Assembly (NCBI GenBank): GCA_903900905.1
Contig: CAIUPC010000584.1
Coordinates: 1 to 61,451, forward strand
Length of the DNA stretch: 61,451 bases
Reading direction: 5' to 3'
Origin: an uncultured Acetobacteraceae bacterium
Lineage (GTDB): Bacteria > Pseudomonadota > Alphaproteobacteria > Acetobacterales > Acetobacteraceae
The notes under the pieces are model-generated. The model was not told the DNA's origin. It made no database searches and saw nothing but the letters and a program-made list of their open reading frames with translations. Position 1 is the stretch's first letter, and each line of letters starts with the position of its first letter. Position numbers and translations under genes: made by a program. Below are positions 6,040-15,506 of this stretch, in pieces.

Positions 6040-7755
6040 TTATGCGCCCCGCTGGTTGAACTCGGCGCGCAGCGCCGAGGCGTGGTTGCGCAGGCGGGTT
6101 TTCAGCGTCACGGGCAGCAGCGCCATTTCGGCGTTGAACTCCGTCTCGTTGCCGAGCGCGGTCAGGTGATCCGCGTTGCCGCAGGCATTCACGCGCTGCA
6201 TCAGGCGCAGGAACGCCGGGCCGTGCTCGCCTAGATCCTCGGCGGGCTGGGGCGCGTCGTCAGGCTGCGCAGGCGGGGCGCTGGCCGGTTGTGCCGCCAC
6301 ATGCTGCCGAGAGGCTCCCAGCGCATCGCCACGATCCGCGATGGCCTTCTGCGAGGCCTTGCGGGTCACGCTGGGCAGCGTTCCGATGACGCCCGCGTTG
6401 AGGTTGGACCACGCGGCCAGATCGTCTGCCGTGTTGATTGCGGCCAGATGGTCCGCCACCAGCGCCAGATAGCCGCCCAGATCGGGCTTGCCGCCCTTGG
6501 TGGGCACCGTCAGCGGTGCGGGCGCTTTCGCTTGCTGTGCGGCGGGTGCGCCCACCAGCGCCGCAACGTCGGCATCGAACGCCTCTCCCGCTTTCGGGTT
6601 CGCTCGCCGTGCCGCGTCGATTTCATCGGCGTTGTTCTCCATCAAGGCGGGCACGTTGCGGCTGGTCAGCGCCATGTTGGACAGCGCACGCAGATACACG
6701 GCGGGGTCGCGGAAATGGCTGTTGCCCTCCGCCAATTCCCCGAACTCGTCCACCAGGTATGCCTCGTATGGGCCGGGGTCGGGCTCGCGCGGCGCATGGG
6801 GCTGGGCAGGCGCGGCGGCGTGCGTCTCAGCCTCGGGCCGCACGTCCGGTGCGGTAGCAGCGGGGGCCTGAGCGGCGGGCTGTGCGGCCGCCTGCATGGC
6901 GCGTGCGGCTTGTTCGGCAGCGAGGCGGGGCGGGTTCTGCTCCACAATGCCGTTGGGCATCATCACGCGCAGCGATTCCGCAGCACGGCGGAATTCGGCT
7001 TCGCCACCGGCCCGCGTTGCGTCGCCCAGCCCGCTGATCTGGTCCAGCGTCAGCGCTTCGACGAGGCGGCGATCAATGGGCACCGACTTCGATGCAGCGA
7101 ACCGCAGCACTTGCGACCGCTTTTCCTCCAACACGGAGTCGGTGATCACATCGTCTTTGCCGAGTGCCAGCATCTTGTGCTTCCACTCGAGTTGCACGGC
7201 TTGGTCAATAATCGCCAGCACCGCGTTGCGGTACGCCTTCGCCTCGGCAATCACGCTGTAATGCGGCCGGGCAAATTTTGACCCGTCGCGCCGCGATTCC
7301 AGCGCCGACTCGCGCTTGCGGACTTGCAGCGTGTTGCCCGTCTTGATGTCCGTCACTTCGACAAGGACTTCGTAGTAGTCGTCCTCGGCCTTGAGCGCGT
7401 CGATCAACTTCACATCGACATTCATCGGCACGCCGTCAGCCGGGTAGCTGGTGAACGTGAACAGCGCGCCGATTTTCGTCACGCTCGCCAGCAGGCGATG
7501 CTTGATGCCGCCATAATGCGAGGCCAGATGGCGCGCACCGATCACGCTAATGCCGGTGACTTCGGTGCCGCTCACCTTGAACGAATAGACGAACTTGCTG
7601 CTGCCGCTGCCGTGGATGATTTCCTGCGCGATCAGGGCATTGTCGCGCTCGTCCATAACGTGCCAAGCGTCCACGTCGAAGCTGCCGCTGGCGTTGCGTA
7701 CGGCTTCCAGTGTTTGGGTGCGCGCTCGTGTCGGCGCGTTGCCAAAACCGCTCAT
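6040..7755 (-). CDS. Hypothetical protein, possibly recombination/ssDNA-annealing related
   Basis: 571 aa with a globular N-terminal domain and Ala/Pro-rich linkers; function inferred only from early-operon position. Confidence 0.5.
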   Translation of the reverse strand: MSGFGNAPTRARTQTLEAVRNASGSFDVDAWHVMDERDNALIAQEIIHGSGSSKFVYSFKVSGTEVTGISVIGARHLASHYGGIKHRLLASVTKIGALFTFTSYPADGVPMNVDVKLIDALKAEDDYYEVLVEVTDIKTGNTLQVRKRESALESRRDGSKFARPHYSVIAEAKAYRNAVLAIIDQAVQLEWKHKMLALGKDDVITDSVLEEKRSQVLRFAASKSVPIDRRLVEALTLDQISGLGDATRAGGEAEFRRAAESLRVMMPNGIVEQNPPRLAAEQAARAMQAAAQPAAQAPAATAPDVRPEAETHAAAPAQPHAPREPDPGPYEAYLVDEFGELAEGNSHFRDPAVYLRALSNMALTSRNVPALMENNADEIDAARRANPKAGEAFDADVAALVGAPAAQQAKAPAPLTVPTKGGKPDLGGYLALVADHLAAINTADDLAAWSNLNAGVIGTLPSVTRKASQKAIADRGDALGASRQHVAAQPASAPPAQPDDAPQPAEDLGEHGPAFLRLMQRVNACGNADHLTALGNETEFNAEMALLPVTLKTRLRNHASALRAEFNQRGA

Positions 7756-8546
7756 GCCACCACCGCCTTCCGCTCGGCCACGACCCGGATGCCCGGTATC
7801 GTGATCTGCGGCACGCCCGCCTTCTTCGGGGCGGTGCGGATCGCGGCGCGGACCATCTGCTCGTTTACCAGCAGATAGCTGGGCGGCACTTTGCTGATGT
7901 CCTCGACCTCGAACGTGTACGTGGTGCGCAGCGACGACACGCCGCCCAGATCGCCGCGCGTGCGGGACAGTGCAGCGGCAGGCGTTGCCTGCGCCGCGGC
8001 CAGCAGGTTTTCCGATTCCTGTTCGGCGGCCACCGCGCGGTTCAGCAGCGCCGGGCTATTGTTGACCTCGGCTTGTGCCGCCAGCCGCACCGCTTCGTCG
8101 GCCTTGCGCTGCGCTTCGGCGGCCATTTCCTCGCGGCGGCGGCGTTCCTTGTCCTCGGCGTGGCGCGTCAGCACCTTGAGCGCACCGGCGCGGATGTCGG
8201 CCAACTGGTCGGTCATGCCCTTGAAGAACGCATCGACGGCCCGGCCAGCGGCCAGCGGCGCGTCTTTCTCGGCGGTGCGTGCCGCGTCGATGCGCTGGCT
8301 GAGGCTGGAAAGCTGCTTCGCCCAATCGGCGTAGCGGGCCGCCGCATCGTCGTCGGCAACGCCGGTGGCGGTCGCTTCGGCGAACCGGGCCTGTGCGGCA
8401 ATGTGCTGCCCGACGAGGTTCAGATGGTTAGCGTACCGCTCGGACAGGCCGGTGTGCAGTTTGTCCAGGTCGATGACGATCAGCGGCGGCTGGGCCGAAC
8501 TGTTGTGCCCAATAGCGGGCGAGGCGGTGGACGTGAGCGCGTTCAT
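7752..8546 (-). CDS. Coiled-coil phage protein (recombination-module type)
   Basis: Long coiled coil ending TYTFEVEDISKVPPSYLLVNEQMVRAAIR...IPGIRV, a common phage C-terminal motif. Confidence 0.6.
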   Translation of the reverse strand: MNALTSTASPAIGHNSSAQPPLIVIDLDKLHTGLSERYANHLNLVGQHIAAQARFAEATATGVADDDAAARYADWAKQLSSLSQRIDAARTAEKDAPLAAGRAVDAFFKGMTDQLADIRAGALKVLTRHAEDKERRRREEMAAEAQRKADEAVRLAAQAEVNNSPALLNRAVAAEQESENLLAAAQATPAAALSRTRGDLGGVSSLRTTYTFEVEDISKVPPSYLLVNEQMVRAAIRTAPKKAGVPQITIPGIRVVAERKAVVA

Positions 8547-8567
8547 GCAGGTGCTTTCTCGGTTGGG

Positions 8568-8897
8568 TCAGATGACGGGAGGAAGATTCGGCAGGTCGAT
8601 GCGATCACGCGGACGCGCTGCCGGATGCGCGGGGGCGTGCTTGGCCGCCCAAGCCTGCAATTGCAGGCGGTAGCGGTATTCGGTTTCGGTGCAGGTTCGC
8701 CCGCCGTGCCAGATGCGGAACACGTCAGGCGCGAACGCGGGATCTGCGTGCGCCTCGCGCGGCTCGCCGTTGATCACGGCCTGCCACTGCAGGCCGTCGA
8801 ACATGATGGCGGCGGGCACATGCGGACCACCGCGCACCAGCCGCAGCAGGAAGAAGCCGGGTGCAGGCTGATCGACGCGGCGCGGGGTTTCGGTCAC
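8568..8897 (-). CDS. Hypothetical phage protein
   Basis: 109 aa, PGFFLLRLVRGGPHVPAAI motif; coupled to the upstream gene. Confidence 0.6.
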   Translation of the reverse strand: MTETPRRVDQPAPGFFLLRLVRGGPHVPAAIMFDGLQWQAVINGEPREAHADPAFAPDVFRIWHGGRTCTETEYRYRLQLQAWAAKHAPAHPAARPRDRIDLPNLPPVI

Positions 8898-9103
8898 AAG
8901 CCGATGCCCGCATACATTTCCGGCTCCCGCGCCAGCGCCGGGTCGGCCATCGTCAGGACTTCGGCCTCGCTGGCGATGACCTCGAGTTGCAGGGCGATCA
9001 GCCGCAGGCGGGATTTCAGCCGTTCATTGGCCGGGTCCACCGCACATGCTGCGGCGAGCAAGTCGCGATTTTCGGCGCGGATGCGCTGTGCGATGTCGTG
9101 CAT
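8894..9103 (-). CDS. Hypothetical protein, first gene of the leftward early operon
   Basis: 69-aa ORF downstream of an AT-rich intergenic region. Confidence 0.5.
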   Translation of the reverse strand: MHDIAQRIRAENRDLLAAACAVDPANERLKSRLRLIALQLEVIASEAEVLTMADPALAREPEMYAGIGL

Positions 9104-9139
9104 GTGCTGACATTACGCACGCTTGCGACGCAATGACAA

Positions 9140-9152
9140 GCGAAAATTTCGC
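9140..9152. promoter_or_regulatory. Putative repressor operator (GCG-N7-CGC) upstream of the leftward operon
   Basis: Palindrome GCGAAAATTTCGC; related sites at 10018, 10076, 16897 and 20237. Confidence 0.55.
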
Positions 9153-9247
9153 ACATTGTGCGATCATATAATGCAATTGTGAACAGCAATCAGACCGGCG
9201 CGCGGAAGGCTTGGGACGCTACCCCCCCCGCAACTTCCGTGCCAGTG

Positions 9248-9979
9248 TTATTGGAAGCCCAGCGCCTCGGGCCACTCGATCACGCGCAATACTTCTGCGA
9301 CATCATCGCTCGGAAATTGCTCTGTAGCGTCGGGCCGGTATTGGCTCAGCGTCAGCGCCTCGGCGGTGCGGCCGACCAACAGCCTGAGAAGCCAGACGTT
9401 TGCCGACCGCAGCCGAACGATGACGTGACAGCCGGGCGCAGCTTGGCGGGCGGGCTGCACCATCACCAGCTCGCCGGGCCGCCGCCACGGGGCCATGCTG
9501 TCGTCCGTCGCATAAAAGGCGAACGCCGTCTGCGACCCGTCCAGCGCGGGCGGGCGCGCTGTGAACTGGCCGGTGGCCTGCGCGAGGCTCATCGAGAAAC
9601 CCCGCTGGGCCGGCGTGGCGTGATAGACCGGTAAATCCCGGACCAGGTGCAACGACGCGAACGAGACGGGCAATGCAGCAGATCGCACATTCGAGGCTCC
9701 GCCAAATGACGCGCTGACCAGACTGGTCATACTGTCACTAGCTGGCGCGCCTGCCAATGCCAAAACCTCGCGATCCTGAATAGGCGGATTGCCGCGCCCC
9801 ACCAGCGCCGGGAGAAGATCGCGGACGAACTTCATTGGCAGCCATGGTTGCTTATAGTTCGACCGCTCATAAGAATTGTAGGTCGAAAAAGGCACGTTCA
9901 TTGCATCCGCGATGCCACGGATTGACCAACCCGCCCGCTGTCGCAGCAACTTGAGTTGCGCGGAAACTGAATCTGTCAT
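9248..9979 (-). CDS. CI-like repressor (XRE HTH plus S24-like domain)
   Basis: LKLLRQRAGWSIRGIADAMNVPFSTYNSYE HTH; C-terminal AFAFYATDDSMAP..RPGELVMV; divergent from the cro-like gene. Confidence 0.85.
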   Translation of the reverse strand: MTDSVSAQLKLLRQRAGWSIRGIADAMNVPFSTYNSYERSNYKQPWLPMKFVRDLLPALVGRGNPPIQDREVLALAGAPASDSMTSLVSASFGGASNVRSAALPVSFASLHLVRDLPVYHATPAQRGFSMSLAQATGQFTARPPALDGSQTAFAFYATDDSMAPWRRPGELVMVQPARQAAPGCHVIVRLRSANVWLLRLLVGRTAEALTLSQYRPDATEQFPSDDVAEVLRVIEWPEALGFQ

Positions 9980-10017
9980 CGCTGCTTCGCCTACCTGACA
10001 CCGTGCGCTGAACATGT

Positions 10018-10088
10018 GCGAAATTTCCGCATTAAAGTAGTTGCCACATTTCGCTTGCCTTGACGTGCGAACGTCGCGTAAATTTCGC
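10018..10088. promoter_or_regulatory. Immunity switch region with two operators
   Basis: GCGAAATTTCCGC (10018-10030), GCGTAAATTTCGC (10076-10088) and TTGACG at 10060, between the divergent cI and cro genes. Confidence 0.55.
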
Positions 10089-10093
10089 ACACC

Positions 10094-10417
10094 ATGTCAT
10101 CATACGTATCCCGCGTGCTCGCCGCGTTCGGCGGCCCCCGTCCCACTGCCCGGTTGCTCGGGCTACCCGAGTCCACGGTCTATACGTGGCGGCGCAAGGG
10201 TTCGATCCCGGCCCGCCGCCAGCGTCAGTTGCTCGCACTAGCGACCGAGCAAGGGCTCGCGCTTGAGCCGCGAGATTTCTTCCGCGACGACGATCCCGAA
10301 GACGACGTGTTGGTGCTGAAAGCAAAGGTCGCCCGCCTTGAGGCGCAGCTTGCGCGCACCCGTTCGTCGAACCCCGCCGCCGCCAACATAGCGCAAGCGG
10401 ACAGCATCGGTTCGTAA
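10094..10417 (+). CDS. Cro-like HTH regulator
   Basis: VLAAFGGPRPTARLLGLPESTVYTWRRKGSIP; divergent from CI. Confidence 0.8.
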   Translation: MSSYVSRVLAAFGGPRPTARLLGLPESTVYTWRRKGSIPARRQRQLLALATEQGLALEPRDFFRDDDPEDDVLVLKAKVARLEAQLARTRSSNPAAANIAQADSIGS

Positions 10418-10478
10418 CTTTTCTTGTGATGCCGCGCGCCCCGGCATCGCATTTCGACCGGGCGCGAAGGACTACCCA

Positions 10479-11087
10479 ATGGCAGAAAAACTCGCACCAC
10501 CTGTCACGTCCAATCTGACGCCCAACACGTTTCTCGGGCTGTACCGCGAGATCGCCACCGCGCAGCGTGAAATCGAAGCAGCGACCGGCCGCAAGCGCGC
10601 GATCCTCAAGCGAGCGAAGGGCGCGGGCGTCGATCTGGACGCGCTGGCGCTGATGCAGCGCTTGGCGAACCTTGAGCCCGAGGACGCTGAAATGCGTCTG
10701 CGCAACCTCGTCCGTTACTCGCATTGGGCGGACATGCAGATCGGCGCACAGGCTGACCTGTTCGGGGCAACCGACGACCAGCACCCGAACGACAAGGCGC
10801 GCGGCGAGCATCTGGAATTTCAGGCCGACGATGCGGGCTACCGCGCTGGCTATGCTGGCGACGCCATCGACACGAACCCGCATCAGGCGGGCACGCCGGT
10901 TTTCGACCGTTGGCGGCAGGGCTGGCACAACGGCCAGGCCGCGCTCGTCGCCAAGATGGCCGCGGCAGGCGATGACGACGAGAAGCCCGGCGCCGGCGAG
11001 GCGAAGCCCAAGGATGACAAGCCGAAGATCGCCAAAGTGCAGACCGGCCGCCGCAAGACCGGCGCGGAAAACCGGGCGGGCCTGTGA
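10479..11087 (+). CDS. GapR/DUF2312-like DNA-binding protein with an RMF-like C-terminal motif
   Basis: RKRAILKRAKGAGVDLDAL...RLANLEPED...LVRY, then GYRAGYAG...NPH...WRQGWHNGQ. Confidence 0.55.
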   Translation: MAEKLAPPVTSNLTPNTFLGLYREIATAQREIEAATGRKRAILKRAKGAGVDLDALALMQRLANLEPEDAEMRLRNLVRYSHWADMQIGAQADLFGATDDQHPNDKARGEHLEFQADDAGYRAGYAGDAIDTNPHQAGTPVFDRWRQGWHNGQAALVAKMAAAGDDDEKPGAGEAKPKDDKPKIAKVQTGRRKTGAENRAGL

Positions 11088-11560
11088 CCTACAAGTCCAT
11101 CCTCGCGCTGGACCTCGCCAGCACAACAGGATGGTGCTGGGGCGAGCCGGGGCAGCGGCCTTGGCTCGACTCAGTGCAACTCGCGCCGGGCGGCAGCGTC
11201 GGTGAGCGATGCTGCGCGCTGGTCGATTGGCTGGACGATTCCAGTCAGACCTTCCGGCCCGATCTGATCGTGTTCGAGGCGCCGCTGCCACGCGGACAGC
11301 ACAGCGGCATTCAGGCCGGGCGCATCGCGCTCGGTCTGGCCGCCGCCTGCGAGATGTTCGGCGTGCGCAAGGCCATCCGCTGCACCGAGGGCAACGTCAA
11401 TCAGGCCCGCAAGCATGTGCTGGGCCGGGGCAACGCCACCAAGGACGACGCCGTTGCAGCGTGCCGCGCTGCCGGGCTGACGCCATCGACGCACGACGCA
11501 GCCGATGCGTGGGTGCTCTGGCGGTTCGCCGTGATGATGCGCGGGCGGGTGCAGCCATGA
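11084..11560 (+). CDS. RuvC-like Holliday junction resolvase
   Basis: ILALDLASTTGW...IVFEAP...HDAADA catalytic acidic residues. Confidence 0.8.
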   Translation: MTYKSILALDLASTTGWCWGEPGQRPWLDSVQLAPGGSVGERCCALVDWLDDSSQTFRPDLIVFEAPLPRGQHSGIQAGRIALGLAAACEMFGVRKAIRCTEGNVNQARKHVLGRGNATKDDAVAACRAAGLTPSTHDAADAWVLWRFAVMMRGRVQP

Positions 11561-11763
11561 GCGCACAGATCATCCCGTTCCTCGGCCCGCATGTCGCGCG
11601 CACCGCGCCGACCGCGCCGCACATCGAGTTCTTCGCCAAGCGCCGCGACATGAATGCCGCGCTGCTTCGGTGGCTTGCGACGCATCCCGACCCGCAGGCG
11701 GTCAATGACGAAATTCGGGCAACCATCAACGTCCTTGCGGAACTGGTGAAACTCTATGGGTGA
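11557..11763 (+). CDS. Hypothetical protein
   Basis: MSAQIIPF start with ATGA overlap; coupled to dnaB. Confidence 0.5.
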   Translation: MSAQIIPFLGPHVARTAPTAPHIEFFAKRRDMNAALLRWLATHPDPQAVNDEIRATINVLAELVKLYG

Positions 11764-13186
11764 AGGATTGCTCGGCCTATCGCAACGCCTGCCGCCTGCC
11801 AACGTGCCCGCCGAACAAGCGCTGCTCGGCGCACTCATGGCGAACAACAAGGCTTTCGACCGTGTGGCCGGGTTCCTGCTGCCCGAGCATTTTGCCGATC
11901 CGATTCATGGTCGCGTCTATGACGCGATAGCGCGCCGGGTGGGCGCGGGCAAAGTGGCCGACGCCATAACGCTCCGGCGTGACTTCGAGGCAACCGGCCT
12001 GCTGGACGATGCGGGCGGCACCGCCTACCTCGCGCAACTGCTGACCGCGATGGTGGGCATCATCAACGTGACGGACTACGCGCGGGCAATCCGCGATGCT
12101 TGGCACCGCCGCGAGATGATCGAAATTGGCGAGCAGTTGGTCAACAACGCCTTCGCGCCGGGCTTGGACGACGCCGCCAGCATCCAGACGCAGATCGAGG
12201 CCAAACTGTCCGCGCTGGTGGAACGCGGTAGCGACCGGCCGATGGTCACAATGGATCAGGCACTCGACGCCGCTCTGGCCGCAGCCGACCGGGCAAAGCA
12301 ATCCGAGGGCGTGACCGGCCTGCAGACCGGCTTCGCCAAGATCGACAAGGCCATCGGCGGAATGCAGCGGCAGGCGGTGACGCTGCTGGCGGGCAGGCCC
12401 GGCATGGGCAAGTCGGCACTCGGGATGCAGATGGCGGTGGCCGCAGCGATGCAGGCCCGGGCCGACAAGGCGCTTGGCGGCGTGTTCGTCGCATCGCTGG
12501 AAATGAGCGCCGAATCACTTGGGCAGCGAATCCTGTCGGCCTACAGCGCGGTCGATGCGCTGCGCCTGCGCGACGGGCGGCATGGCGATTGGCGTTATCA
12601 GCTTGATCTGGCCCGCGCCGAACTGGCCGACTTGCCCATCCTGATTGACGACGCGGGCGGCCTGTCGATCACGCAAATCAGGGCCCGGGCACGCGAGGCC
12701 AGCCGCAAGTTCGGCGGCCTGTCGCTGGTGATGATCGACCATCTGCACATCGTCCGGCCCGATCCGGGCATCCTCAAATCAGCCGGGATGGTCATGGCGC
12801 TGGGCGACATCAGCGCGCAGGCGAAGGAACTCGCCAAGCACCTCAACTGCCACGTTCTGGCGCTGGCGCAACTCTCCCGCGAAGTCGAGAAGCGCGAGGA
12901 CAAGCGGCCGCAAATGGCCGACCTGCGCGGCAGCGGAAATCTTGAACAAGACGCCGATAACATCGCGTTCGTCTTTCGGCCTTCCTACTACCTCGAAAAA
13001 GACCCGCAGAAGAACCCCGGCGAAGGCGACGCGCAATACCAAGCGCGCTGCCGGGCGCATGACGAAGCCAAGGCGAATGCCGAGGGCCGGGGCGAGGTCA
13101 TCTTTGAGAAAATTCGCGGCGGTCGCAATCAGACTGTCCTGCTCCGCTTCAAACCCGAAACCGTCATGTTCGAGGATTGGTCCTGA
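11756..13186 (+). CDS. dnaB: Replicative DNA helicase DnaB
   Basis: AEQALLGAL N-domain, Walker A GRPGMGKS, SLEMS, VMIDHL, LAQLSREVEKREDKRP...DLRGSGNLEQDAD. Confidence 0.95.
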   Translation: MGEGLLGLSQRLPPANVPAEQALLGALMANNKAFDRVAGFLLPEHFADPIHGRVYDAIARRVGAGKVADAITLRRDFEATGLLDDAGGTAYLAQLLTAMVGIINVTDYARAIRDAWHRREMIEIGEQLVNNAFAPGLDDAASIQTQIEAKLSALVERGSDRPMVTMDQALDAALAAADRAKQSEGVTGLQTGFAKIDKAIGGMQRQAVTLLAGRPGMGKSALGMQMAVAAAMQARADKALGGVFVASLEMSAESLGQRILSAYSAVDALRLRDGRHGDWRYQLDLARAELADLPILIDDAGGLSITQIRARAREASRKFGGLSLVMIDHLHIVRPDPGILKSAGMVMALGDISAQAKELAKHLNCHVLALAQLSREVEKREDKRPQMADLRGSGNLEQDADNIAFVFRPSYYLEKDPQKNPGEGDAQYQARCRAHDEAKANAEGRGEVIFEKIRGGRNQTVLLRFKPETVMFEDWS

Positions 13187-13187
13187 C

Positions 13188-14327
13188 ATGGACACACAAC
13201 CACCGCCAGCAACACGATCACAGCGCGCCTGGTATAAGCGATACCCCGCCGATGCGCTGAACGGGATGCAGGACTTATCCTGCGAGGAGAAGGGGGCGTA
13301 CAACACCGTCCTCGACCTCATCTACATGCGCGGCGGTCCGATTGAGGATGACCCGCAGTATATCGCTCGCAGGTGCGGTTGCTCGACGCGGCGATGGAAT
13401 CAGCTTCGCCAACGCCTGATCGACCTCGGCAAACTGGTGCTCACGGACACGGGCCGCCTCAGTAACCCGCGCAGCGAACGGCAGATTCGAGCGGAAGCCC
13501 GCGAGGCCGAGGCGTTCCAAGCCAACGGGCACAAAGGCGCGGAAAAAAAACGCGAAAATTCGGAAAATATCAAAGATCACAACGAAGTAGCGGAAAAAGG
13601 GCTTCGTTTGGTCGAACAAGCCCCGGAATCGCCCGAAATCGCTCGCCCGGCCCCCTCCGGGAAATTTATCTGGGGAAAAACGCGAGAACAAGACGAGATT
13701 AAGTCGGGAAAAAACGCGCTTAATCTCGCTGAAAATCCGACAGAAACGCACGAAATCAACGATGTAGCCGAAAAAGGGCTTGCAAAAAACGGGCTTTTTT
13801 TGGACGAAAAAAGCCAGCATCGCGGGCGCGTACTCAGAAAGAAAGAAAGAGAAGAGTCTTCTAGTACCTCGTTAGTACCAGATGCCGCGTGCGCGGACGT
13901 GAACGTAACGGCGCTTTCGCAAGCGAAAGACGAGCCGCCACCCGACGCAGCGCCCGAACCGCGCAAGCACGAGCCGCTGATCGACATGCGTTTCATGCCG
14001 CCACGGTCCGCCGGGCTGAAAGCATGGCGGCCTTTCGCCACCAGTTGGGAAAAGCCGTCGCCCATCGAACCGGAGATACCCTGCGCCGGGCGATACCAAA
14101 TCCCGTTCGCCGTCGAGGCGGTCTGTCAGGCCGCGCGCTACCACAACCCGCACCACCGCACCGACTGGTCGCCCCTCATCCGCTGGATGCGTGACGGCAT
14201 CGACCTGCACGCGGTGATCCTGCCGGTCATCCGGCACATGGCGTCACTGCCCGGCTACCAGCCGCCGACATGGCTGAGCGCCTTCGACAAGACCATCCGC
14301 CAGTCCGCCGCCAGCCGCGCCGCGTAA
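13188..14327 (+). CDS. Phage replication initiator (DUF1376/YdaU-like N-terminus)
   Basis: WYKRYPADALNGMQDLSCEEKGAYNTVLDLIY; internal AT-rich repeat region. Confidence 0.75.
   Translation: MDTQPPPATRSQRAWYKRYPADALNGMQDLSCEEKGAYNTVLDLIYMRGGPIEDDPQYIARRCGCSTRRWNQLRQRLIDLGKLVLTDTGRLSNPRSERQIRAEAREAEAFQANGHKGAEKKRENSENIKDHNEVAEKGLRLVEQAPESPEIARPAPSGKFIWGKTREQDEIKSGKNALNLAENPTETHEINDVAEKGLAKNGLFLDEKSQHRGRVLRKKEREESSSTSLVPDAACADVNVTALSQAKDEPPPDAAPEPRKHEPLIDMRFMPPRSAGLKAWRPFATSWEKPSPIEPEIPCAGRYQIPFAVEAVCQAARYHNPHHRTDWSPLIRWMRDGIDLHAVILPVIRHMASLPGYQPPTWLSAFDKTIRQSAASRAA
13580..13812. repeat. Putative origin of replication with iteron-like repeats
   Basis: CAACGAAGTAGCGGAAAAAGGGCTT (13580-13604) and CAACGATGTAGCCGAAAAAGGGCTT (13757-13781) in an A-tract-rich segment of the initiator gene. 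Confidence 0.55.
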
Positions 14328-14356
14328 TCCCGCAACCTGCAACCCGAGGCCGCCCC

Positions 14357-14551
14357 ATGACGCCGCTCGCATTCTCGCCGCCGCCGCAACCCGACCTGCC
14401 GCCGATCCCGCCCGTCAGCCTCCGGTGGTGGGTTGTCGCCATCGCCGCAGTCGTCGTGCTGGCGCTGCTGTGGTCGTCCATTCTCGGCCTGTCATGGGCC
14501 ACGGGCCGGGCGCTGGAATACGGCATCGCACACCTGCAGATCGAACCGTAG
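14357..14551 (+). CDS. Small membrane protein
   Basis: Hydrophobic WWVVAIAAVVVLALLWSSILGL segment. Confidence 0.5.
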   Translation: MTPLAFSPPPQPDLPPIPPVSLRWWVVAIAAVVVLALLWSSILGLSWATGRALEYGIAHLQIEP

Positions 14552-14583
14552 CGCCGCCATCCGCAACCACCCGGAGACGCCCG

Positions 14584-15285
14584 ATGCCTGAAACCGTAAT
14601 CCGAATCGAGCAGACCGACCTCGCGACATTCAGCGCCGCGCTGGCACCGGCGGTGCAACTGCTGACCAGCGTGGCTGAAGGCATCGCAATGCTGGCCGAC
14701 ATGCTGCGCGCCATCGACGGCAGGCTGGCCGCACTCGAGTCGCAAGGCGCCGCGCCGGTCATGATCCGCGTTCCCGGGCCACCGCTTGTGCTGGACACGT
14801 CCTTGCGCACGCCAGCGCGCGAAGCGACGCTGCGGACGTATTGGAGCAAAAGGCACGCCCCGCGAGCCATCATTTTTCAGTTGAACAACTTGGAAGGCCC
14901 ACCGTGGCCGCCCGGTGATTACGGCGCAAACCTGCTGCAAGCATGGGTCGATGAACTCGGCCTGCCACGCGGCCACGCGCAAACCGACCCGTTCCAGCCG
15001 CCACCGCCCACCACAGGCGGCGCAGACGCACCCGCCCCGCAAGGTGACAGCAGCCCGCCCGTTGCACCGCCTCCAGCGGCCACGCCTGACGCCGCACGCC
15101 CCATGCCCGGCAGGTACCCGCGATGCCAGAAAGCGAACTGGCCCGAGATTGAAAACTGGGCCGCATCACGCGGCATGGCCGTGGACAGCGACCTCGAAAC
15201 CATCAACGCGCTGCGCGTCAAGGCAGGCTTCATGCCGTTCGCGCTGGCCGAAGCCGGGCACACGCGGCCGGCGAAGGCGAACTAA
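14584..15285 (+). CDS. Hypothetical protein
   Basis: GGAG RBS before MPETVIRIE. Confidence 0.55.
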   Translation: MPETVIRIEQTDLATFSAALAPAVQLLTSVAEGIAMLADMLRAIDGRLAALESQGAAPVMIRVPGPPLVLDTSLRTPAREATLRTYWSKRHAPRAIIFQLNNLEGPPWPPGDYGANLLQAWVDELGLPRGHAQTDPFQPPPPTTGGADAPAPQGDSSPPVAPPPAATPDAARPMPGRYPRCQKANWPEIENWAASRGMAVDSDLETINALRVKAGFMPFALAEAGHTRPAKAN

Positions 15286-15287
15286 TC

Positions 15288-15506
15288 ATGGCGCGCACTC
15301 CACCTCCGCCCGTGCCCGACAACCTCGAAGCCCGCCCGCTCGTCGAGCAGATCGCCTACTGGTACGAGCGCGGCGACAACTTCCCAGCCGGGCCGGATCG
15401 CGCCGCCTGCTACGCCAAGGCCAAGCAGATGGTGGCCGAGCGCAACGCCGCCAGCCAGGCACGCAGGCAGTCATTCCGCCACCTCGGGCCGAGGCTCAAG
15501 CCATGA
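15288..15506 (+). CDS. Hypothetical protein
   Basis: 72-aa ORF in the operon. Confidence 0.5.
   Translation: MARTPPPPVPDNLEARPLVEQIAYWYERGDNFPAGPDRAACYAKAKQMVAERNAASQARRQSFRHLGPRLKP

Noticed and set aside
8301-8319. Possible self-target of guide unit 1 (GAGGCTGGAAAGCTGCTTC)
   Set aside because: Only 8/9 and 7/9 half-site matches with a 1-nt gap; plausible by chance in 61 kb of GC-rich DNA.
11084-11560. RuvC-like gene as a trans-acting nuclease for the Tas protein
   Set aside because: It lies in the replication operon on the opposite strand, where Holliday junction resolvases are routine; nothing links it to the tas locus.
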